DNA of 64,000 nucleotides from Minisyncoccota bacterium. GTDB taxonomy: Bacteria > Patescibacteriota > Minisyncoccia > Phycocordibacterales > UBA9973. Within the stretch, counting starts at the first letter, position 1; the number at the start of each line of letters is the position of its first letter. A model generated the notes under the pieces. That model did no database searches. It saw only the letters and a list, made by a program, of their open reading frames with translations, and was not told the origin of the DNA. Below are positions 18,177-28,265 of this stretch, in pieces. The translations under genes and the position numbers were made by a program. The stretch lies in assembly GCA_041664285.1 (NCBI GenBank), contig JBAYLA010000001.1:68889-132888 (forward strand), written 5' to 3'.

Positions 18177-18821
18177 TTAAGGACAAATAAATTCACAATT
18201 TGGACCTGAACGTCCGACATAAGAACCATCAGGGCATTGTTTGGCATCCATCGTACAGGCAACCGGTTCTTTTAATCCAGTGCATCTCCAATTTATCTCA
18301 GCTGTTTTTGTTTTTTCATTTACCACACAAGCTGGGTTACATCCTTCACGGGTTGTATTTAAATTAGCATCAAACCACCATGTTTTAGAATTCTCGTTGT
18401 AAGTACCAGTTGATAATGCTTCACCACCTTTTATACAAGATTTTTCAGCAATTATTCGAGCCTCAACTTCTCTTAGGATGCTATCTATTAAATTAATTTG
18501 GACTTCATTATTATTTCTAATATAGCTAAAATTTTTATTGCCTTGGATGTGGCCATCTTCATAGGTCATCGTTCCAGTTTTTAAAGAAGAATCTATATTT
18601 ACAGAAGTTATGTACCATGAACCACCTAAAACAGGTTTTTCTGGGATAATGGTTGTAACATTATCACGAATATATTTTTCAACAACGATTTCATCATTCA
18701 ATCCTGCTCCCGTTGGAAGATTTTCAACTAGGTCTGAATTTTCTTTCTTTGAAAGAAAAACAAAAATCACAACAATTATTATAATAATAGAGATAACTAC
18801 ATAAGTTAGTATTTTTTTCAT
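18177..18821 (-). CDS. membrane-anchored Cys-rich hypothetical protein
   Basis: N-terminal TM and a Cys-rich C-terminal module (CNPACVV...CTGLKEPVACTMDAKQCPDGS...CEFIC). Confidence 0.4.
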   Translation of the reverse strand: MKKILTYVVISIIIIIVVIFVFLSKKENSDLVENLPTGAGLNDEIVVEKYIRDNVTTIIPEKPVLGGSWYITSVNIDSSLKTGTMTYEDGHIQGNKNFSYIRNNNEVQINLIDSILREVEARIIAEKSCIKGGEALSTGTYNENSKTWWFDANLNTTREGCNPACVVNEKTKTAEINWRCTGLKEPVACTMDAKQCPDGSYVGRSGPNCEFICP

Positions 18822-18849
18822 AACTTAATTCTACCACAGATTTAAATTT

Positions 18850-20142
18850 TTATTTATTAAACCATTCCTTTATAACACTTTCTGCAGGTTTGTTGCGAAA
18901 AGTTGAAGCTACAGATAATTTGGGTTTAATTTGTGGGTCAAGTGCATCATCCCAAGCAAAGCTGGCAACATTTATTCTTTCTATGTTGTTCAATGAAGGA
19001 AGAGCATTAAAAAAGATTTCAAATACTTTTGCCTGATAATTAAAATCTGAAATTGCATTTTTTACTTTTTCACTTTTATAATCAAGTACTTCAAGAGGCC
19101 CATATTTCATAGAGTTAACATAAGAAGATGGTGCAAAAAAGATTGAAAGCTTAATTTCTTTTTTCTTGGCAATGTTATTTAGGTCTGTTAAATATTTAGG
19201 TATTTCTTTTTCAATATCTCCATTACGATAATGTTCTAATAAATCATAAATACGAATTTCTACAATATCAGCATTTTTGTAATAATTATATTTTGTCCAA
19301 TCTTCTTTCCCGTCTTTGTCTTCAAAAAACCCATAGAGAGATAGTTCAACATAAACTTTTCCATTAAAAACTTTCCTTACCTCTTCAATTAATTTTTTTT
19401 GTAATTCATTTACCAATAATTCTTCCCCAGCAAAAGTTGGACCCATCCATGTTGGAGTTATGCTCATAATATCAACACCATATTTTTGATAGATTGAGGC
19501 TTTTTCAACTATTCTAGCAGTCCATTTTTCAAAATAATCCTTTATCCATTCTTTAGTATGCAAAGAATTAAATTTTTTATAATCTGTTTCAACTGTTGAC
19601 TGTATTTCTCCAGAAATTCCTGCAATAATATATTTTCCAATATCAACAAAAGACATATTCCTTTTGATTCCAAGCTCAAGACCGTTTTGGTGTGCATTTA
19701 GAACAAGATTTTTTATATCAGACTCAGTCATTGATTCATCTCGCATGTCATTTAAAAAAATTTCGTCACCAATTTTATAACGCGTTGTAGTAAAATCAGC
19801 ATTCTTTTCAAAGATTGCTCGATCGAAATCATGTACATATATTTCACTTGCCCCAAGCTCTTTTACTCTAACAAAAGATGACTCAATGTTCTGTCGAGTA
19901 CTTTCAACCATGCTCATATTATAATTTCTACCCCAAGTGTCGGACATATTAACTGCTTTTATTTGAGGAAGATGTATAGCATTTGTATTTACTAAATATT
20001 CATTACGAATAAAAATACCACTACACCAAGGTGGAGTAGGCCAAGGGCCAACAGGAGGGCAAATTTTTAAAATAAACATAACACTAACTGCAATAATAAG
20101 TATTAAAATAATGCCAATAACAAAAATCAAAAATTTTTTCAT
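18850..20142 (-). CDS. membrane-anchored hypothetical protein (possibly a TIM-barrel hydrolase-like fold)
   Basis: N-terminal TM with a 400-aa extracytoplasmic body. Confidence 0.45.
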   Translation of the reverse strand: MKKFLIFVIGIILILIIAVSVMFILKICPPVGPWPTPPWCSGIFIRNEYLVNTNAIHLPQIKAVNMSDTWGRNYNMSMVESTRQNIESSFVRVKELGASEIYVHDFDRAIFEKNADFTTTRYKIGDEIFLNDMRDESMTESDIKNLVLNAHQNGLELGIKRNMSFVDIGKYIIAGISGEIQSTVETDYKKFNSLHTKEWIKDYFEKWTARIVEKASIYQKYGVDIMSITPTWMGPTFAGEELLVNELQKKLIEEVRKVFNGKVYVELSLYGFFEDKDGKEDWTKYNYYKNADIVEIRIYDLLEHYRNGDIEKEIPKYLTDLNNIAKKKEIKLSIFFAPSSYVNSMKYGPLEVLDYKSEKVKNAISDFNYQAKVFEIFFNALPSLNNIERINVASFAWDDALDPQIKPKLSVASTFRNKPAESVIKEWFNK

Positions 20143-20251
20143 TTCATTTAGTATACACTAAAACTATTTAGATTTGAACTTCTTCTGCCCTTAGAGAGGT
20201 AGGGGAAACAACCATTATAAAATATGGTTTAAATACTTCTAGAAATAATGG

Positions 20252-20698
20252 CTAACTTTGCATCTCAGGAAACATATTTTCCTCCTTGGCTCTTTTGACT
20301 AGAATTGAATAATAAACTAAGTTTTTAAAAATCACTTCTTTATTTTTATCATAATTTATAACCTCATCGATTATTTGTTTTTTTGTTAGGGCATCTACTT
20401 TTTGTTTATGGACAGGAGCAAAAGAATCAGGCACCTTAATAATTTTTTCTTCTTTAGGTCCCTTTAAATGACGATTGGGATTCATAGAATTACTTACAAA
20501 ATCATCGAATTTTTCTAATTTTTTTTTAAATTTCTCCTTTCTTTGTTCTTCTTGTTTCTTTTTTAGGGCTGAAACACTAATCACTTCTCCGCTGCTAAAA
20601 TTATCCTCTAATTTTCTAGGTTCTTCTTTTGGTTTTAATTTTTTTTTAAGATTTTCACCTTTCGAAAAATTGATTATATTATTCAACTTATTTTCCAT
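20252..20698 (-). CDS. Lys/Glu-rich hypothetical protein
   Basis: 148 aa, highly charged. Confidence 0.35.
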   Translation of the reverse strand: MENKLNNIINFSKGENLKKKLKPKEEPRKLEDNFSSGEVISVSALKKKQEEQRKEKFKKKLEKFDDFVSNSMNPNRHLKGPKEEKIIKVPDSFAPVHKQKVDALTKKQIIDEVINYDKNKEVIFKNLVYYSILVKRAKEENMFPEMQS

Positions 20699-20710
20699 GT
20701 TTTAAAGATT

Positions 20711-20872
20711 TTAATTTAAAAGTGAAAAAGTAATACCTAAATAATATGGCCAGAGAATTAATGCCAATACTCCTTTCCAAAAAGTTAAATGTAAAAAACC
20801 TATTGTAAAAAGCCAAGCTGCAAACCAAAAACCTCCGGCAAACATATGATTTTCAATTTTAATTTTTTGCAT
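20711..20872 (-). CDS. small membrane protein, paralog of 20887..21072 (not in the ORF table, 53 aa)
   Basis: Translation MQKIKIENHMFAGGFWFAAWLFTIGFLHLTFWKGVLALILWPYYLGITFSLLN. It shares FWKGVLALI(I/L)WPYYLG with its neighbour. Confidence 0.4.
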   Translation of the reverse strand: MQKIKIENHMFAGGFWFAAWLFTIGFLHLTFWKGVLALILWPYYLGITFSLLN

Positions 20873-20886
20873 AACTTGTTATTTTT

Positions 20887-21072
20887 TTATTTTGATTCTT
20901 CTTTTTGGCTATATTCTTGGTGAAATTTTACTCCCAAATAATAAGGCCAAATTATTAAGGCTAGAACTCCTTTCCAAAAGGAAAGCTTCAAATAACCTAT
21001 CGTAAAAAGCCAACCGATAAACCATATTGAGCAAAAGAAACCCTCTTGATTGTTGATAATTATTTTATCCAT
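20887..21072 (-). CDS. small membrane protein (61 aa), tandem paralog
   Basis: MDKIIINNQEGFFCSIWFIGWLFTIGYLKLSFWKGVLALIIWPYYLGVKF... Confidence 0.45.
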   Translation of the reverse strand: MDKIIINNQEGFFCSIWFIGWLFTIGYLKLSFWKGVLALIIWPYYLGVKFHQEYSQKEESK

Positions 21073-21121
21073 ATTTTTTTTAATTAAAACTACTAATAAT
21101 CAGATTATAGCATATATTTAA

Positions 21122-22507
21122 TTAAAGTTTATCCCACAAAACAATAAAACTGAATACACCAAAGAATATAAAAATAATTCCAATTATAATTTTTCTAATT
21201 AAACTAGGACGGAAAACCTTAGGAAGTTTTTTTAGATTAAGCCAAGAAACAAGAGCCAAATGCACAAACATAGCAAAAGCATTTATTACCGCACCTAAAA
21301 CTATCAAAGTTTTAGGCTCGTATATATTAAATAAAAATAAAGTTATACCAAAAATAATTTGTCCCCACACAAAACTATAGTAAATTTTTGAAAGATTAAT
21401 TTTTGCATCACTTTTTCCATGAACTTTTCTAATGGCAAAATTTTCTGACATAATGCGAGAAGTAGAATCCATTATCCCTAATTGAGTTTGAAATAACATA
21501 ATAGAAACTGCCACCAGGAATATTATGCCTATAACTGGAAAAATAATTTCTCCAATAACCCTTCCTTCATTTATCACAAAATTAATCCCTTGTGTATTTC
21601 CAGCTAGCCCATGAGTAGTCGCATAAGATAAAAGCATAAGAAAAACCATTGAAATAATTCCTAAAAACCAAAAGATAAAAGCATGCTCAATACTAATTAA
21701 TTTCCACCATTTTTTAAAACGAATAACATCCTCTGGTGTGGCTGCACAATCTGTACCATCTAGTACGATTTCTTTTTCTTCTTTTTTCGCAAACAAGCTA
21801 GAAATTTTTTGAGAATAAATTCCCATACCATAACCTTTTTCTTTTATATAAATTGATTGAGTTAAATTTAAATTTCCACCAGCACCAGAATAAGCAAAAG
21901 CAGCGAGAAAAGTTGCGATACTTATTCCTTCTGGTAAAAACCAATAACCTTCTCCTTTACCAAATATTCCATATAATAATGCTGACCAATCAGTTTTTGT
22001 GGCTAAAAATAGAGCTAATAAAAATATAAAAGGAACACCAATTGAAAGAATAACTTTTGTAATTTTTTCCATCATTCCATAAACAGTTTTGCCCATACTT
22101 AAAATTAATCCGATAATTAATAAAAACAAAATAGCAATCCATTTAAAATTAGTAATTCCCAAGATACTGGCCATTACTTGGGCCGAAGCAGCAATAATTC
22201 CAGGAAGTCCAAAACCAATGAAAGTAGAAACAATAAACCAATAAACTGCACCCTTCCACAATTTGTAAATTCCAACAAAAACACTCTCACCCTTTACTAG
22301 TGCATAGCGCTCAATCTCCATATTCATAAAGTACTGAAAGGTAATCCCAAGAATTGCTCCCCATGCAATACCAAGTCCATAATTAGCAGTTAGGTAGGGC
22401 CACAGAATAACTTCTCCAGAACCTAAACCAAGTGCAAGAATAACAAAACTTGGTCCAATAAGTTTTTTAAGAGATACAGGTTCTGGAAATAATTTTTTTT
22501 CTTTCAT
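21122..22507 (-). CDS. polytopic membrane transporter, NRAMP-like (putative divalent-metal transporter)
   Basis: 461 aa with 11-12 TM helices. N-terminal LGSGEVILWPYLTANYGLGIAWGAILGITFQYFMNMEIER resembles the MntH pattern GPG...Y.DPGN...GA..GY.LLW. Confidence 0.45.
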   Translation of the reverse strand: MKEKKLFPEPVSLKKLIGPSFVILALGLGSGEVILWPYLTANYGLGIAWGAILGITFQYFMNMEIERYALVKGESVFVGIYKLWKGAVYWFIVSTFIGFGLPGIIAASAQVMASILGITNFKWIAILFLLIIGLILSMGKTVYGMMEKITKVILSIGVPFIFLLALFLATKTDWSALLYGIFGKGEGYWFLPEGISIATFLAAFAYSGAGGNLNLTQSIYIKEKGYGMGIYSQKISSLFAKKEEKEIVLDGTDCAATPEDVIRFKKWWKLISIEHAFIFWFLGIISMVFLMLLSYATTHGLAGNTQGINFVINEGRVIGEIIFPVIGIIFLVAVSIMLFQTQLGIMDSTSRIMSENFAIRKVHGKSDAKINLSKIYYSFVWGQIIFGITLFLFNIYEPKTLIVLGAVINAFAMFVHLALVSWLNLKKLPKVFRPSLIRKIIIGIIFIFFGVFSFIVLWDKL

Positions 22508-22590
22508 GGAAATAATTATATCAAAAGGTTATAATTTCTACTAAGCTTACCTTTTTTGAGGGTGACGATTCTCGGATAATTACCATGTTA

Positions 22591-22744
22591 GAAAAATAAT
22601 TTATTCACTTAAATACCGCTCTCCTCTATCTGGCAAAATTGTTAACACTCTTTTATATTTTTTACTTAAAGCTAAAGCTGCGAGAATATTAGCTCCCGAA
22701 CTTATTCCTACTAAAATTCCGTTTTTGATAGCTAATTCCTTCAT
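22591..22744 (-). pseudogene. cysteine synthase (CysK/CysM) C-terminal remnant, about 50 aa only
   Basis: [47 protein letters not shown] matches the PLP-enzyme C-terminus (GISSGA ... LPDxGERYLS). No upstream body is present. Confidence 0.55.
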
Positions 22745-22766
22745 TTTACTTATCTTTCTTTTCATA

Positions 22767-23138
22767 TTAATAATTAAAACTTATCCAGAAAAAGAATGCA
22801 CCAATAAGAAAGATAACAGCACCCCAAAGTATCTGGCCCCCCTTAAACATCTGAGCTTTTTTATTAACACGATCAGGAAACCCAATTTTTTCAATTCCTT
22901 TAAATAAAGTAATCCATCCTAAAATAGTTATAGCAACTCGCCAATCAGTAACCCAGATATTATGAGCAACAACAGTAGCCAAACCTAATAAAAAAGTAAT
23001 ATATCCAGTAGATATAGTAATGGTTCTATCTTCGGTATACTCTATAATTCTACCTAATAATTTTGCGCCAATAGACATTGCGCCAAGAACCATAAAAAGA
23101 CTACCCCAAAACTTTGCTAAAAAAATTGTAATTTCCAT
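22767..23138 (-). CDS. small hypothetical membrane protein
   Basis: 123 aa with 4 TM helices. Confidence 0.4.
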   Translation of the reverse strand: MEITIFLAKFWGSLFMVLGAMSIGAKLLGRIIEYTEDRTITISTGYITFLLGLATVVAHNIWVTDWRVAITILGWITLFKGIEKIGFPDRVNKKAQMFKGGQILWGAVIFLIGAFFFWISFNY

Positions 23139-23338
23139 GATTTTTTAATTATTATTTATAATTATATAATATAACATTTTTTTGTTTTAGCTGGTTTCGT
23201 CGTCTTCATAATTTCCAGTACCGGGATTTTTTCTTTCACTCGCGCTGGTATTGTTTTGGTTGTTGGTTCTGTTTTCATCCTCTTTTTCTTTATCAACAGA
23301 TTTTTCCTCAATATCATTTTTTGTATCCATATAAATGA

Positions 23339-24070
23339 TTATTTTTTATTATCAATGATATCAATAACGTCGCGGGCAGAATGTTCTCCAATAATTCCTT
23401 CAAATAATTCAAGCTTATCAAGTTGTTTTAGTAGAATTAAAATAATTATAACAGAAGTTGAAAAAACTCCTTTTAAAAAAGACTCAACCAATAAATGATT
23501 TGAAGGAATAGCAACAAATAAAGCAAAAAGTAATGTAAAGCTCAAAAAATAAGTTGTAATTAATTGAAAGAATGGAACTCTTTCTTCACATAAGGCAACA
23601 AGGTTTTTTCGTTCAAGTTGAATATTTCCAAGAGAAAGCATAACTCTTGAAGCTGCAATATTTTCAATAGGGGATAATGTTCCTCTTGTTACAGAATCAA
23701 GAAGTTTATGTAAATCTGTTAAAGTGGTTGTTTTGTGAGTTAAATTATAATTCCAAAGCTTACTTTCAAGTATATTTTTATAATAAATTTTTATAAGTTG
23801 CCCCATTTTTTCTTGAGTTTCAATCCCCAGGTGTCCAGACGAGCGATACAAACTAGAAAAATTACCATCAATATTAGAAATAGATTTACGAATCTCACTA
23901 TATCTACTACCTTGTCTTGAAATAAAAAATCCTGCACAAATTGTAAAAACAAAGGTTGAGATAGTTATAAGAGTTTTATCAAAATTACCTTTTATGGGGG
24001 TAAAATAATAAAGACAAACAAAAACAACAAATATGATAATAATTGATAAAATTAGTTTAAAGTTTTTCAT
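23339..24070 (-). CDS. hypothetical membrane protein
   Basis: 243 aa with N- and C-terminal TM clusters. Confidence 0.4.
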   Translation of the reverse strand: MKNFKLILSIIIIFVVFVCLYYFTPIKGNFDKTLITISTFVFTICAGFFISRQGSRYSEIRKSISNIDGNFSSLYRSSGHLGIETQEKMGQLIKIYYKNILESKLWNYNLTHKTTTLTDLHKLLDSVTRGTLSPIENIAASRVMLSLGNIQLERKNLVALCEERVPFFQLITTYFLSFTLLFALFVAIPSNHLLVESFLKGVFSTSVIIILILLKQLDKLELFEGIIGEHSARDVIDIIDNKK

Positions 24071-24150
24071 ATTAAAATTATACCACGATAGTTAGTAATT
24101 TCTAAAATGCACACTGCCTGGGAGTATATTCGAAGGAGTATTATGTTTAT

Positions 24151-25278
24151 TTAACTTTTGTATTTTTCTATATCCTTCTTTGCTTTTTTAATAAATTTTC
24201 CAAATCTATAATCTTTTTCATTTCTTTCAACTTCTGTCATTTCATAATATTCAGCTTCTTTTTTTAAATTAATATAATTAGAATATTTTCCTTCATTTAA
24301 ATTACCAGACTTTAAAGCAAATAATACACTACATTCAGGCTCAGAAGTATGAGAACAATCAACAAATTTGCAATTCATAGCTAATTTAGTTATTTCATCG
24401 AAAACATTATCTACACCATCATTAGTATTAGTCATTCCTACTTCTCTCATTCCTGGATTATCTATGACGATACCTCCATTTTTTAAAAAATACATCTCTC
24501 TACCAGTAGTGGTATGTTTACCTCTGTTGGTGTGAAAACTTATATCGTTTGTTTCTATGGCATTTTCTTCGAGTAATTTATTAATCAAAGATGATTTACC
24601 TACACCAGAGGATCCAAGAAAACAATATGTTTTACCTTTTAATATGTACGTTCTTAATTCTTCTAACCCTACATTAGTTAAAGCACTAGTCAAAATGATA
24701 TCAACATTTTTGAATCTATTTTTTATTTGAGCTAATTTCAAATTTAATTCGTCTTTAGAAATTAAATCAATTTTATTTAAAATAATAGTGGACTGAACTC
24801 CTCCGTCGTTGGCTATAGCAAAATATCTTTCGAAACGATTTAAATTAAAATCTCTATCAATTGACTCTATAATAAAAGCAATATCAATATTAGTTGCAAT
24901 AATTTGAATTCCATTTTTATTATTATATTTTCTTTTGATTAATGTTTGTTTGGGTAATATCTCAGTAATTACCGCCCATTCATTATCTTGCTCTTTTATT
25001 GAGACCCAATCTCCCACAGCAGGGTAATCTTCCCTTGATGAGGCATCGAATATTTTTTTTCCAGTTACTTTTGCAAAATACTCGCCACTTGAATTTTTTA
25101 TCTTATAGGCTCCTTTGTATTCAGCGATAACTCGCGCAACAGAAAATTCATCCAATTTCAATTTCTTTCTATTAGATTCAAAGTATTCATTATAACCAAT
25201 ATCTTCATTTTTTATTTCTTTCACAAATTTAATTTTATCACAAATTCGAACTTTTTTTCTTTCTGAATATACCCACAA
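24151..25278 (-). CDS. rsgA: ribosome small-subunit-dependent GTPase A
   Basis: GSSGVGKSSLINKL P-loop, circularly permuted GTPase order, and a C-terminal Zn knuckle CKFVDCSHTSEPEC. TTG start. Confidence 0.85.
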   Translation of the reverse strand: MWVYSERKKVRICDKIKFVKEIKNEDIGYNEYFESNRKKLKLDEFSVARVIAEYKGAYKIKNSSGEYFAKVTGKKIFDASSREDYPAVGDWVSIKEQDNEWAVITEILPKQTLIKRKYNNKNGIQIIATNIDIAFIIESIDRDFNLNRFERYFAIANDGGVQSTIILNKIDLISKDELNLKLAQIKNRFKNVDIILTSALTNVGLEELRTYILKGKTYCFLGSSGVGKSSLINKLLEENAIETNDISFHTNRGKHTTTGREMYFLKNGGIVIDNPGMREVGMTNTNDGVDNVFDEITKLAMNCKFVDCSHTSEPECSVLFALKSGNLNEGKYSNYINLKKEAEYYEMTEVERNEKDYRFGKFIKKAKKDIEKYKS

Positions 25279-25478
25279 TGCAGATAATCACTACTAGTAA
25301 TCCCATTAACTGTCCGCCAGGACTGTCGTCAATTTCACCATAAACAAACAAAGATATTCCAATCAATATTACAAGACAGAGATGCCATATTTTAATTTTA
25401 TTCATATAAAAATATTACCACAATTATAAAAGATTTTTAATTTAACCTTACTTATTTAGAAGCATAGTTTACAAACCA

Positions 25479-26002
25479 TTAAGTAGTTTGCAAACTATCA
25501 TTATATAAAATTTTAAGCTTCTCTAACCCTCGATGTAACTGCACGGCTACGGTGGCTTTGGAAGTTCCGGTTATTAATGATATTTCTTTTATTGATAAAT
25601 CTTGCACATATTTCATGCGCATTACTTTTTTATACATTTCAGGAAGACGCTCGATTAATAAAAGTGCAACCTTGCCGTCTAAAACATTAAATAATCTTTT
25701 AGGATCTTCTGCTTCTGGTTCGAAGCCTTTCTCCATCATTACATCGAGAGAGGTTGTTTTACGTTTTCGATATTCATCTACAATAAGATTATTTAGTACA
25801 TGATAAAGAAAAGCTCTCATTATTTCTATTTTCCCTCCTTTGACCAGATAAATCCAAGTTTTCATGAAAGTATGTTGTACTAAGTCTTCTCCTGTTTCAT
25901 GGTTACTTAGTTTAAAATAGGCACGAGCATTTAAGCCTTTTTCAAAGTTATTGTGGGCTTTAGTCAGTATCCCGTCAAGTCTTTTTTCTCTTTCGGGGTC
26001 AT
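25479..26002 (-). CDS. ECF-type RNA polymerase sigma factor, interrupted by an apparent frameshift in an A6 run
   Basis: Region 4 HTH VQDLSIKEISLITGTSKATVAVQLHRGLEKLK. Region 2 (GEDLVQHTFMKTW) continues upstream in the same frame with no ATG. The ATG at 26002 (MTPKEKKDLTGY*) is in the adjacent frame, and the two join if the gagAAAAAAgac run (25982-25987) had one more A. Confidence 0.6.
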
Positions 26003-26317
26003 TATATTGAAGCCGTTTGGGGCTCTATTATGTTACCTCTTTATTACAAGAGATATTTTAATAATGGAAATATTCAGTTTTTATAGGGGCAGTAGGGGGA
26101 ATCCGTTTTTGAGATAGTTACAGAGGAATTACGCTTGGGCACTAGATAGTTGTGTTTTTCAAGTTAATTAACTTTAGCACGTATGTAGTCTAATAGCTAG
26201 TCGTAACAATTAGTATTTATGAACGGCATTATAGTTAAGAAAAAGAATAAGGTCGATATTATTCAGGAAACAGTGACGAGAGGTAAATAAAGTTTATTAA
26301 ATAAAATAAAAAATAAT

Positions 26318-28252
26318 ATGAAAAAAATATCAAGTTTAATCAATAAAGCAATGGCTGGATTTATGATCTTGGCTTTTGCGTTCGGCTCTACTGGAGTCGG
26401 CATAGTAAATATAGCGCACGCAATAACAACACCCAATTGGAATACTACGGGAGCTTATGTAATAAATATGGAATATCTAGGAATACAATATCCTCATGAT
26501 CTTAATTTAGTTCAAGATGGCCTTGGCAACTTAACCGGCAACGGTGCAAGTCCCGCTGGAGCAAATATCTATACCTATGACATTACTTCTGGTTTAGTTG
26601 ATGGTGATTCTATAACTTTTACCGCAAACTATACCGCGACCCCAGATGCAGTAATTCCCCAAACGGTATTAAATGTTACTGGCATAATAGCAAATGATGG
26701 CACAATCTCTGGAACTTGGTCTGACAATTATGCAGGAGGTGAAAGATCTGGTGCTATTTCAACTGTAAGCGGTGTAGCAATTTTATTAAACAATGAAGTA
26801 ACTCCTACGATAGCTATTGACCTAGGAACAGCAGCTAATTTTGCCATCTTGGCAGAATCAGCAATTACGGATGCTAATCCTGCTATTTCCAGTATCACTG
26901 GAAATGTTGGAATCAACCCAGCAGCTGGTTCATTTATTACCGGTTTATCTTGTACAGAAGTAGCAGGAACAATCTATGATGACGCTACCTATACAGGTGG
27001 TTATGATTCAAATGTATCCTGCCGAATTACCGACACAACACTACTTGGTATAGCTGTAGGTGACAAGCAAGCAGCTTATACTGCTGCGACAACAGGAACA
27101 CCTGCCGGGGTTGGAGCTACTAACTTAAACGTAGGGGCTGGAACTCTTACTGGGAACAATTTTGTTCCCGGAACTTACACTTGGAATACCCCAGGTGATG
27201 TAAATATCACTGGAGATATAACCCTTACAGGTACAGCGACAGATGTTTGGGTATTCCAAGTAGCTGGAAACTTAGATGTTAGTTCTGCAGTAACTATTCA
27301 TTTAGCTGGCGGAGCATTGCCCGCTAATATTTTTTGGGCAGTGGCAGGAACAACAACCCTAAAATCAACTTCTAGCTTTGAAGGAAATATTCTAGGTGCA
27401 TCGACCATTGCATTGCAAGATGGGGCAAAATTAAACGGGAGAGCGTTATCAAAAACTGATGTCACATTAATTGGTAATTCTATTTCTATTCCAACATCAT
27501 CTCCAATAACAACAAAAGTTGTTACGGGCATAACATCTTCTGACGCAACACTAAACGGTACAAATGGTATCAATGATGCATCTGGACATTCATTCTGGGT
27601 CTCATTAAACACATTTGACACTTCAAGTCCAACAATTCCAGTTGGCGTTTATTCAACTCCTGATTTTGGAGCGATATCTGCCAATACTGATTTTTCGGCA
27701 ACTCTTTCATCAATTGCAGGTCTTCCAGCAATAACTCCAAACACAAAATACTATTTTACAGCTTGGTCTAATGTAGATGGCACATGGTATCCTGGTCAAG
27801 TGTTGAGTTTCACTACTGCTACAACGGGAGGAGAAATTGGTGGAATTGTTGAAGGCGAAGGTGTGCTTGCTGTATCTTCTGTGGAGGTAGTAGACAGCAC
27901 AGCGATAGCAGACGGAACTTTTGGTAATGGTTGGAAATATGTTTTCAATGTTACTATTCCCACAAATGAAACTCATCTAGCTATGAAGTTTGCAAATTGG
28001 ACACAAACTGGAGGAAGTGGATCTATCGCAGTGGCGAACAATATGAGAATCTCTTCTCTTCAAGCAAACAATGGCAATGCGACGATCTTAATAACTGCCG
28101 CTAACACTTACACTACCCCTACATTAAACATGATCAGTGATCTTGATCCTGGATTAGCTGGAATACAAGTACAGGTTACGGTCGAAACAGCTGTTCCTAT
28201 AGGTTCTCTAAATGGGTCTTATACTACCAATTACGGGATATTAACTAATTAA
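26318..28252 (+). CDS. large secreted protein with DUF3494 (ice-binding-protein-like) beta-solenoid domain
   Basis: Signal peptide, then AANFAILAESAITDANPAISSITGNVGINPAAGSFITG, the characteristic DUF3494 opening. Thr/Gly/Ser-rich throughout. Confidence 0.55.
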   Translation: MKKISSLINKAMAGFMILAFAFGSTGVGIVNIAHAITTPNWNTTGAYVINMEYLGIQYPHDLNLVQDGLGNLTGNGASPAGANIYTYDITSGLVDGDSITFTANYTATPDAVIPQTVLNVTGIIANDGTISGTWSDNYAGGERSGAISTVSGVAILLNNEVTPTIAIDLGTAANFAILAESAITDANPAISSITGNVGINPAAGSFITGLSCTEVAGTIYDDATYTGGYDSNVSCRITDTTLLGIAVGDKQAAYTAATTGTPAGVGATNLNVGAGTLTGNNFVPGTYTWNTPGDVNITGDITLTGTATDVWVFQVAGNLDVSSAVTIHLAGGALPANIFWAVAGTTTLKSTSSFEGNILGASTIALQDGAKLNGRALSKTDVTLIGNSISIPTSSPITTKVVTGITSSDATLNGTNGINDASGHSFWVSLNTFDTSSPTIPVGVYSTPDFGAISANTDFSATLSSIAGLPAITPNTKYYFTAWSNVDGTWYPGQVLSFTTATTGGEIGGIVEGEGVLAVSSVEVVDSTAIADGTFGNGWKYVFNVTIPTNETHLAMKFANWTQTGGSGSIAVANNMRISSLQANNGNATILITAANTYTTPTLNMISDLDPGLAGIQVQVTVETAVPIGSLNGSYTTNYGILTN

Positions 28253-28265
28253 AAAAGGAAAAATT

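Noticed and set aside
25235-25405. Small minus-strand ORF (MNKIKIWHLCLVILIGISLF...) overlapping the rsgA start
   Set aside because: Different frame from rsgA and ends inside it. A hydrophobic low-complexity translation of AT-rich sequence, with no support.
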